Origin: Methanotrichaceae archaeon
GTDB lineage: Archaea > Halobacteriota > Methanosarcinia > Methanotrichales > Methanotrichaceae
Assembly: GCA_963754945.1 (NCBI GenBank)
Contig: CAVWIG010000017.1
Span: 32,001-96,000 of the forward strand
Direction of reading: 5' to 3'
Length of the DNA stretch: 64,000 bases
Positions within the stretch are counted from its first letter, which is position 1. Each line of letters begins with the position of its first letter. Shown here piece by piece: positions 55,930 through 64,000 of the stretch. Position numbers and translations under genes: made by a program. The notes beneath the pieces were generated by a model, which saw only the letters and a program-made list of their open reading frames with translations, was not told the DNA's origin and made no database searches.

Positions 55930-57255
55930 ACCTCTTCCACCTCTCTCGAAGTGATAATCTTCTTTCGATTCTTATCGAGCCAAGTTTCAGCTTGGTTTCT
56001 GTACTTCGGGCTTATATAAACGTAATCAATTGCCACCACAGGCACTCTCTCAAGAGTATCTGATTCTGAAAGAGAGGAAACGATTCGGCCATCCCTTGAA
56101 AGAACCGGAAAGTTCAAGCCGCCTCCTTTCTGGATATCTTTCTCATACCTCACCTCTGATTCTCCGTACTCATTGCATGCCGCCTTGAAAACAGCCATAC
56201 CAGCTTCACGATTTATATCGAGATCTTCCCGAGTTCTCCTGTAAAGCAGCCTGAAATGCTCCCTCTTGGCAATCCGGCGGGCAGGATCGTGTCCTGGATG
56301 TTTGTCGTCTCTGTTTGCCCTGAATAGCTCCGATATGACTTCATTATCCGTTATCTGAAGAAGAGCCCTTATCGATGTTGGGAACATTCCCCCTTGCAAC
56401 CAGCTCTTCAAGAAGTCCTTGAGGTGAATGTCGTATATCCTCCGAACATGATGGCAATAGACTTGTGTAAACATAAAATATCTCGCCAGGAGCAATGCTT
56501 CAGCTGAGTGCAGTCCGCCCTCTTCTATGCCAAGAGCAGGTTCCTGAGAACCTGGCTCTTCTTCGGAGGCTCGATCCACCTTTGGCAAGATTCGAAGGGT
56601 ATCGATGAGCCGGTATTGGTCGAATCGTCCGTAGGCGACACCTATATGATACGAATCCCGAAGCAAATAATCCATTCTATCTACTCCGAAGGCATCGCCC
56701 ACTATTATCTCGGAGAGAATAGCCTCCCAATCATTGAACTTGCTTTCCTTGTAGTACTTGGGGCCAACTGCCAGCTTGGCGACATCTTCCGAATTCACCT
56801 TGATCTGATTCCAAATTTGATCCATCTCTTCGCTTCTAATTATTTCCAGGGTCAGACGTTCATGGTTCCAACCCTCGGGAAGCAGATCGCTCTCAGCAGC
56901 ATGAGAGAATGGAAGGTGACCCAGATCGTGACACAATGCGGCCATCCTCAAAGCCCTTTTCCAATACTTTAGATCAAAGTCTATCGGAACTATCTCTCGC
57001 ACTGAATCATGATGGATATTGACTGGATCCGTAACGATATCGTATACTCTGCTTGCAAGCTCCATTACTCCAAGAGAATGCTCGAACCTGCGATAGAGTA
57101 GCTCCAGGATACAACAAATACGTCAAAGCAAGCTGGTGGATATGCCGAAGCCTCTGGAAAGGTACCGAATCTAAGACCTTTATTTCTTCTGGATCTAGCC
57201 TTATGAAATTATGGATCGGGTCCCGGATCTCCTGTTGATTTGACATCAAGCTCAT
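55926..57255 (-). CDS. HD-domain phosphohydrolase (SAMHD1/YwfO-like dNTPase), with a 1-nt insertion at ~57095
   Basis: IRDPIH, FQRLRHIHQL, YPGAT(H)RRFEHSLG, ALCHDLGHLPFSH, DRMDYLLRD, RYFMFTQVY.H. Confidence 0.88.
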
Positions 57256-57293
57256 GGAGGCAACTCTCTAAAATTAAGTAGATTCTTTATATT

Positions 57294-57740
57294 TAGGACT
57301 TACGCAGTTGAATCTTTCGACAATGAATAATAAGGATATTTTATATATTCGCGAATTGACTCGCGAATAATTCTTCGCTTAGATTCGAACCAACTTATTC
57401 CTATTCTAAGCCTTTCTACTTCTAATCTGAGAAACGCTCTCAGGGAGAACATTATGTGTGCTCTCTGGGACTGACTTTTTCTTGCTTGACAGCTTTCGAC
57501 TCCACAGAATTGCTTTATGCCTCTGTGATATTCCTCAATCTTCCAGGAATATCCACCAAATTTTTCGCGTTTAGCTTCGTCTATCTCCAGCACGTCAGTT
57601 GCCCAGTATCCTATGTCACCGTCATTAGAGACTATTCGGAATACTTTTATAAAACCATAAGCTTTTAAATGCACTTCCCTGCCTTGCAACGGTATCTCTA
57701 TCTCCTGAATTTGCATATTTTTGGTGTTATTCGGATTCAC
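57294..57740 (-). mobile_element. IS701-family transposase 3' half with its element end
   Basis: VHLKAYGFIKVF, YWATD, WKIEEYHRGIKQFCGVE; truncated by IS630 copy 2. Confidence 0.8.
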
Positions 57741-57742
57741 TA

Positions 57743-58924
57743 GTGCACCATAACATTAATTTTGCAAATTAATATAATGCCTGTTTAGCTTTAATCTTGC
57801 ATCATTCTTCGTGAATTTCCATCTTACAGTAGTTTTTTTTGCGTTACGTTCTTGTGCCCACACCGAAGCCTCTTTGGTTAAAGTATCGATGTCTCCAATC
57901 CGACGATCGAGGCATTGCTTCGATAGGGCTGAGAGTTCTATCTCAGCCATGTTGAGCCAGCTACCTTTCTTTGGCGTATAATAATATTCGAACTCCTTAG
58001 CCAGCTCAAACGCCTCTTCAGGCGCAAAAGCATTATAAAATGAGCCTGAAGTATGCGTATTGAGATTATCCTGGACCAATCGAATGGATTCTACACCTGG
58101 ATATTGCTGGGTAAGTTCTTTCATGAAATGGGCGTAGTCCACCCTTGTCCTGTGCTCCATGACACGAATCATTCTTTTTCCTGCATGAAGATCAAAAGCA
58201 ATAAGGATGCAACATGTCCCGTTACGGACGTATTCATAATGCACCTTCTTCGGACTGCCTGGTTTCATGGGTATAGGCACTAAGACATCGCCTATCAGTT
58301 GGCATGGCCTCTCGTCGAAACAAACCACAGGATGCCTCGGATCATATGGTTGCTCGTACAGAGTTAATACATTTTCCATGTTCCAGATATATTCGCTCGT
58401 CATGCTCCCTATGCACCATCGCTGTTTGAGCCATGGCTTTATTTCATTTTTTTTAACGCTCTGCAAACGCTCATTCCTGAGATCGAGTCCACTTCCCCCA
58501 GCTCAACAAGCTTGTCGGCCAATAGATTCAGCGTCCATCTCGATCTGCCTTCAGGCGGATCTGAGCAAGCAATGCCGGTCAGTTTAGCCTCAACTCGTGC
58601 ATCTATCTTCGGAGGCGCTCCACTGCGAGATCTTTCATTCAATGCAGATTCCAGGCCACCCTCGAAATATCTCTTTCTTATCCTCACTATTGTCGTTCTG
58701 CTCGCCTTCAATGCATCAATGATCTCCGCATCGGATTGCCCTTCGTCGGCCAGGAGCAGTATTCTTGCGCGAGTTAAACTCCTTGCAGACGACTTCCCAC
58801 GACGGATGTACTGGTTCAACTCTTCTCGTTCTTTCTCTTCCAGTTTCACACAGAATTTTGTTTTTCTTGCCACGATCTATATTCTAGACCTTTTATAAGA
58901 TTTAAAACTTGCGTTATGGTGCAC
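57743..58924 (-). mobile_element. IS630-family element, copy 2 (orfA 58439..58873, orfB 57756..58466)
   Basis: TIRs gtgcaccataac/gttatggtgcac, TA flanks, A8 frameshift site; a few SNPs relative to copy 1. Confidence 0.93.
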
Positions 58925-59205
58925 TAGTCATATGCAGCTTAATCCTTTTGGCCTTGGCTTTGATTTGCGAAGCAACCGCGCCAGTTCAATTAACTGGAAG
59001 CAACGGTCAAGCCATTTTGGGCCAAATAGCGGGGTCTGCACAAGCCAATAACACCTCAGCGAATTCTGGTCAAACCAATAATATCTCGACAAATACCAAT
59101 CTTGGGAATTGGGGCGGCGCTCCGATAGGATATGAGCTAAATAAATCCGGAATATTGACTCCCTCCCAGTGGGAAAATGATGGTGAATGGACCCCTAGTA
59201 TCTGA
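58909..59205 (+). CDS. Small secreted protein whose start now lies in the IS630 end
   Basis: Signal-peptide core LVICSLILLALALICEA begins at the IS junction. Confidence 0.55.
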   Translation: MRYGALVICSLILLALALICEATAPVQLTGSNGQAILGQIAGSAQANNTSANSGQTNNISTNTNLGNWGGAPIGYELNKSGILTPSQWENDGEWTPSI

Positions 59206-59282
59206 AATCTTTATGAGGCGAGCTGGTAGATCATGCATATTGCGATGAACTTTATCTAAATCAAAATGAATGAGGAGGTATC

Positions 59283-60005
59283 ATGACAAAAACAGGAATC
59301 CTACTGATTTTCGCATTTGTAGTTGCATCAAGTTTGGCACCTGCTGCTTTCGCGGTGTGTGAGAATTGCGGCGTAGACCCTACTGATCAGGATTGGGCCT
59401 CAAGTGTAGCCAGTTTTATGGAAGGCAAGCCCGTAGATGATACACCATCAGATTTGACCCCCGCGCAGCAGTACAGACTCAGAAATACAGAATTCAATTC
59501 CAGTTTACTCACGTCAAGTCCCAGCCAAGCTTCAAATGAGGTCAGCAACCCAGTGGCAAGTAACACAGCGGCAAGCAACGCAGCAGTGCCGCCAACACAA
59601 ACTACGATGCCAAAGCTCAACATTGTTCTAAACGACATACGAGCTATGCCCAATCCGGCGAATTTTAGTGCTCCAGTTTTGATAACAGCGGTTTTCGGAA
59701 ACAACAGCTCGATTGATGCAACTCCGAATAGCCTCTCGACAAGCGCAGATTTGACCTATATGGCAGTTTATGCAGGCATCAAGAACTCAGCAGGAACTGA
59801 GATTGGCAGAGTGAATATGCAACGAACATCTGGGAGTGAATATGCCGGGATCTGGAACGCCAACGTGGCATCAGGAACATATAAGGCAACAATTGATGCA
59901 TCTGGATCTGGAGGATCAAAGACGTTCAATGACGCCTTGCAGATAGTGGTAAACGGCTCTAAAAATAGCCCCAACACCATTCATGCTGTTCGAAATCTAG
60001 GATAA
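59283..60005 (+). CDS. Secreted hypothetical protein (Ig-like C-terminal domain)
   Basis: Signal peptide, CENC motif, gaggagg RBS. Confidence 0.72.
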   Translation: MTKTGILLIFAFVVASSLAPAAFAVCENCGVDPTDQDWASSVASFMEGKPVDDTPSDLTPAQQYRLRNTEFNSSLLTSSPSQASNEVSNPVASNTAASNAAVPPTQTTMPKLNIVLNDIRAMPNPANFSAPVLITAVFGNNSSIDATPNSLSTSADLTYMAVYAGIKNSAGTEIGRVNMQRTSGSEYAGIWNANVASGTYKATIDASGSGGSKTFNDALQIVVNGSKNSPNTIHAVRNLG

Positions 60006-60342
60006 GATTGGCAGGCCGAAGTATTGGTTCATGATTCCGAGAGTACACCACTTGCTTGAAGGCCATTACTCTTTTTTGTCCTTCTGAGCTTCGAATAAGT
60101 TCTATCTCGTCCTAGCTCTCAGTCCCTCGTCGTGGCATTTCAGTCAGACTATACCACATCTTTATATGTGCTAAATGTCGATACGTAATCAGGCAAGAGT
60201 CTTGCGTCCACTTCCTCTGTCCTACATCAATGGACTTTTGCCTCCATCCTTTTCATTCTCAGATTTGAGTGCCTTTAACTTACATCTGTCGAAAGTCGAA
60301 TATGTCTTAGACATAAGTCGATAGTACAGAACAAGAGGACAT

Positions 60343-60630
60343 ATGTCATACTATCATCCGATGATGCATCCCTTTATAGGAATTGGAATTGGCCTATTTT
60401 GGCCGATAATCGTAATAGCCGTAGCTTATCTTATTTACAAGCTGATCAAGAGTGAGAAGATCCTCGTACCAAGCAGGCCAGCTATCAGAAGCGCCGAGGA
60501 TATTCTGGCTGAGAGGTATGCAAAGGAAGAGCTGACCCGAGAGCAGTACGTGCAGATGAAAGAAGACTTGAAGAAAGTCCAATTGACAGAAGCCTTAGGG
60601 GGGAGTACCCAGGCCGTACCACGTTTTTAA
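60343..60630 (+). CDS. SHOCT-domain membrane protein
   Basis: One TM helix followed by AEDILAERYAKEELTREQYVQMKEDL. Confidence 0.8.
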   Translation: MSYYHPMMHPFIGIGIGLFWPIIVIAVAYLIYKLIKSEKILVPSRPAIRSAEDILAERYAKEELTREQYVQMKEDLKKVQLTEALGGSTQAVPRF

Positions 60631-60759
60631 ATGTGTTAGACCCCAAACATGCATGTGGGCAAAAGTCACGAATCACCTTTAGACCGATGCATCCCAATTG
60701 CACCAAACCATTGACTTTTGCCCGCTTCATTATCAGCTCAGATGCAAGTCTTTTCAAAG

Positions 60760-61228
60760 TCTTGCTATGAATAATAGCTTCAGGAGAGCAAGCTTGGTAG
60801 GGAGCTTCATCATATTTCCCTTCTGCTTGTTCAGCCTAGTATCGATTATCTGCGTTTCCTCTATCACCAGACCTGTCTCAGTCCAGATCTTGTTGAGATG
60901 GCCGCAGGAGTATACTCCTCTTCTTCAAGCTCTCTGATCCTCTTGAGAATCTTGGACGGGATATCAGACTCGGCTGCTGGCTCAACAGGCTGGTTTGTCC
61001 TGGCTGATTCGAGTTTGGATTGGGATGATTTTATCTCAAAAGTCTTGCCTTCATCCTTCGGGGTCTGGTGGGCTTCCTTGGGCTCCTTTCTGGTCATGAA
61101 TGCGATTCTGCCTCGACCCGCTGCCATGTAAAGAAAATATCACGTTTTGCTAGCTCTTCGGAGATCTCTCGGCTTGTCTTCCCCTCAGCATTCATGCGCT
61201 TGATTTCTTCATCTACTTCTGGAGCCAT
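60760..61228 (-). pseudogene. Degenerate HTH-like gene of probable mobile origin
   Basis: MAPEVDEEIKRMNAEGKTSREISEELAKR and ILKRIRELEEEEYTPAAIS in shifted frames. Confidence 0.4.
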
Positions 61229-61638
61229 CGAAGTATCCTATCGAACGTACTTATTCTTCTTTGGTTCGGTTGGCTCTCTGTGGGACTGCTTCGTAGATTT
61301 TAAGGTCTATGAAAGGCTGATATCTTATCTTAATCAAGTCCTGGATCTCAGCGTGGTAGGAAGGATTTTCCATTCCTGCAAAATGGATTCCCGGGGCTTC
61401 CCTTCCACTTAGCATATCAATTCTTCCTGTTTGCCAACAACGCTTTGCCTAGCTATCCCACAGTTATGAGGAGATCTCTGGCGAAGCTTGCGCATCAAGG
61501 CCGCAGATCATGGTCGTAAAGGTCATTTTAAAAATTAATTTTGGACGCTTTATGAATATGTCGAAGCTGAATGGAATATAGGCTGGCATCAATCGATGAC
61601 CAGATAAGGATGGATATAATATCAAGATTGGTGGAATC

Positions 61639-62169
61639 GTGCAGAATAAGATTTTAGCAATAACGGCACTTATAGTGCTCTTAATACCAGCAATGGCGGA
61701 ATTAACTGATTACCAGAAGGGCGTACAAGCCGGTATCCAAGCGGGCTTTTCAATGGGCAGATCTTACCAACAATCGTATGACGGGACGCTCGACACGGGA
61801 CGATATAACCAAGCGATTAACCAATATAATCAGTTTATACAATCCATATTTGCAGGCAACCAAACGGCGATAAACACTTTATTGATTAATCCAACGTCGG
61901 CTGCAACGACGGATGTTTCGCCCAATATGTATCCCGCGTCAACTGCGAATTATAAACCTATCCACGCGATAGATGCGAGTTGGAATCAGACGACTCGGGC
62001 AGTTGCGGCACCACCACAAGGTCAAACAATTTACGGCGAACCAATAGATGCTTATTGCACGGATAACCCAGATGCTCCAGCCTGTAACTTGCAAAATACG
62101 CCGTATACCGGATCTCAGATCAATCCTGATACTAATCAACCCTATGGTCAACCCTTGGGAGGCGTATAG
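61639..62169 (+). CDS. Secreted hypothetical protein
   Basis: Signal peptide; Gln/Asn/Thr-rich. Confidence 0.7.
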   Translation: MQNKILAITALIVLLIPAMAELTDYQKGVQAGIQAGFSMGRSYQQSYDGTLDTGRYNQAINQYNQFIQSIFAGNQTAINTLLINPTSAATTDVSPNMYPASTANYKPIHAIDASWNQTTRAVAAPPQGQTIYGEPIDAYCTDNPDAPACNLQNTPYTGSQINPDTNQPYGQPLGGV

Positions 62170-62263
62170 CGCCTCCATTATTTTCATTCCAGAACTGCCA
62201 CAAAATCTAGCCCCTGCCTATTCCAGGTTTGGATGAGGTTTGTTTGGGGCGTATCTCTGGCTC

Positions 62264-62535
62264 CTAGCTATCTTCCCTGTATCCTTTTGGTTCATCTACG
62301 ATCTCGATAGTAGCAATAGCGTGCTTAAATACCAGGAGTTGCCCTTTTGCAGTCTGGATTAGGATCTCGTGGGGGTTGTAGCCTTCCAGGGTTCCGGTAA
62401 ACAGGCTGGCCTCCTGAGATCAGGCGGATAATGACCTTCTTGCCTTTGAGTTCGGGATCAATTGTGGTCCGTGTCTCTCTGCCACACTCTTTGTTCTTGG
62501 ACCGCTGCTTTTTGATCTATTTCTTTGGTTGTCAT
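62264..62535 (-). pseudogene. Hfq-like Sm-fold RNA-binding protein with two frameshifts
   Basis: Manual translation ...LKGKKVIIRLISGGQPV/TGTLEGYNPHEILIQTAKGQLLVFKHAIATIEIV; carries the Hfq Sm2 signature (Y/F)KHAI. Confidence 0.75.
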
Positions 62536-62559
62536 GTTACTTCCAGAATGCCTTGGGAA

Positions 62560-62735
62560 TTACTTTTTGGCAAGAGCCTTTTCCACCTGTTCATAAAGCT
62601 CAGGGTACTTCTTCCCTAACCTTTTCTCTAGGATGGTCCTGGCCTCATCAGATATGGAAAGCTCCGGAGTGGTCTTCTTCAGGTACCACAGCACAGCTGA
62701 GATTTCTGGGCACTATAATGCTACTGTTTGCCCAT
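62560..62735 (-). pseudogene. Small putative DNA-binding protein relic upstream of the Hfq-like gene
   Basis: PEISAVLWYLKKTTPELSISDEARTILEKRLGKKYPELYEQVEKALAKK* with a disrupted 5' end. Confidence 0.45.
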
Positions 62736-62843
62736 TCACCCTTATGAAAGATCAATAATGGGTGAACTAAGAGCCTTATGTGTCATCCCTGAGTTATGGC
62801 ATGTCCTGTACACATAAAGGCTAAAGGGTGTAGGGACTGTCCT

Positions 62844-63092
62844 CTATTTCAGAATGAATTCTTTGGGCCTTTGCTCAGTTTTCTCATGATCAGGTTTTGC
62901 ATAGCAGACCTCTTCATATAGATTCAGTATCATTTCCTCCACTTCCGAGATCCTGACACCAAAGATCTCGGCCAGTATCTCCTTGGCGGCCTGAAGTTCG
63001 AGAACCCTTAGCTCCACCTTCGGAGCCGAAGAGCTATGCACAACAACCAGCTTCTTTTGCGGCCATCTTATTTTCTCAAGAACTCCAGCCAT
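62844..63092 (-). CDS. Hypothetical protein
   Basis: 82-aa ORF with ATG start and helical composition. Confidence 0.5.
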   Translation of the reverse strand: MAGVLEKIRWPQKKLVVVHSSSAPKVELRVLELQAAKEILAEIFGVRISEVEEMILNLYEEVCYAKPDHEKTEQRPKEFILK

Positions 63093-63228
63093 AATAAGCT
63101 ATTACTACGTCATGAACAACAGGATTACAATCAGATGCATCAGGTTCTCGATAACCTTAAAGAGGTATGTTCTACGATAACAAAAGGAAACCCTTAAAAT
63201 AGATCTTCCTCAATACCAACTACCTTCC

Positions 63229-63288
63229 AGGTGATGGGGTCCGCCTAGGCAAAGGCCTGAACTGCCACTGAGGCTGATGACTCCTGCC
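63229..63288 (+). promoter_or_regulatory. Fluoride riboswitch (crcB motif)
   Basis: AGGTGATGGGGTCCGCCT...AACTGCC-ACTGA-GGCTGATGACTCCTGC: P1 GGTG/CGCC, pseudoknot GGGGTC/GACTCC, conserved GATG, AAC and GCTGATG; TATA-like cttaaaata ~30 nt upstream. Confidence 0.88.
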
Positions 63289-63295
63289 ATAATAG

Positions 63296-63793
63296 ATGAA
63301 ATTGCTGGAGAATGGTAGGTTGATGAGGATATCCCGTCCAACTCTGCTGGTATTGCTAACGTCCGCCCAATGTCAGCAGACCGCGAAAGTTTGGTTCGAC
63401 AAAGGAGTTGCTCTCTATGGTAAGGGCAAGTACAATGAAGTCATTCTGGCATGTGATAAAGCCATCCAGCTAAAACCAGATGATGCCGAGGCCTACAACA
63501 ATAAAGGACTTGCTCTCGATGGCCTAAACAAGTACGATGAAGCCATTCAGGCTTATGATAAAGCCATCCAGCTAAAACCGGATCTTGCCGAGGCCTACTA
63601 CAATAAAGGATTTGCTCTCTATGGTCAGGGCAAGTACAATGAAGTCATTCAAGCTTTCGACAAGGCTATCCAGCTAGAACCAGATGATGCTGATGCCTGG
63701 TACAACAATGGAATTGCTCTCAAAGCCCTCGGAAGGACGACCGAATCAAATGCTGCATTCGCCAAGGCTAAGGAGCTGGGATATAAAGGCTAA
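63296..63793 (+). CDS. TPR-repeat protein with a short signal-like N-terminus
   Basis: Four 34-aa repeats of the AYNNKGLAL...YDEAIQAYDKAIQLKP type; true start may be 63323. Confidence 0.88.
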   Translation: MKLLENGRLMRISRPTLLVLLTSAQCQQTAKVWFDKGVALYGKGKYNEVILACDKAIQLKPDDAEAYNNKGLALDGLNKYDEAIQAYDKAIQLKPDLAEAYYNKGFALYGQGKYNEVIQAFDKAIQLEPDDADAWYNNGIALKALGRTTESNAAFAKAKELGYKG

Positions 63794-64000
63794 AGGCTTA
63801 GGTCGTGCCGAGATTACCTGTAATCTCCAGGCTACGCAGCTGGGATATAGCTATCGATATGGTTTTTGCATCTGCGATTACGTGCGGGGGATAAGACCCC
63901 GCACGTTGGCACAAAAGATAAAGGGTATGTGGAGGACAAACATTCAGACCAGCATCAGCTACATATTGTAATAACGACTGCTCTGAAACGCACTCCAATC

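Noticed and set aside
63880-63906. Perfect hairpin acgtgcgggg/ccccgcacgt as group II intron domain V
   Set aside because: It lacks the AGC/CGC triad and bulge geometry; it may be a terminator or IS end, and context is cut by the window edge.

Overview
This is a chromosomal window from a methanogenic archaeon, most consistent with Methanothrix/Methanotrichaceae (inferred from mer, an fpoO-like gene, archaeal-type leuS, hel308 and a PGF-CTERM-like protein). Housekeeping genes include hel308, dapL, leuS, ribose-1,5-bisphosphate isomerase, nadM, mer, mobB, mutS, uvrA and truD. They sit among roughly 12 kb of IS DNA: three apparently identical IS5 copies, an ISH1-like IS5, an IS66, two IS630 copies, an IS1634, IS66 and IS701 relics, and a 199-bp IS66-type MITE. 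Several of these interrupt genes. The most striking structure is a ~4.6-kb array of seven type II toxin-antitoxin modules (11.1-15.7 kb). The modules are separated by same-orientation, degenerate, GC-rich palindromic repeats and lie next to a catalytically incomplete tyrosine-recombinase-like gene. Other notable elements are a fluoride riboswitch leading a TPR gene, a frameshifted Hfq-like gene in a mobile-element relic, an HD-dNTPase plus YwgA/Panacea-like gene pair, two unannotated structured-RNA candidates, a mutL stump after mutS and a possible group II intron 5' fragment. Several single-base frameshifts, including one in essential leuS, suggest residual indel errors, so pseudogene calls resting on a single indel are tentative. 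All family assignments come from motif recognition by eye; no database searches were run.
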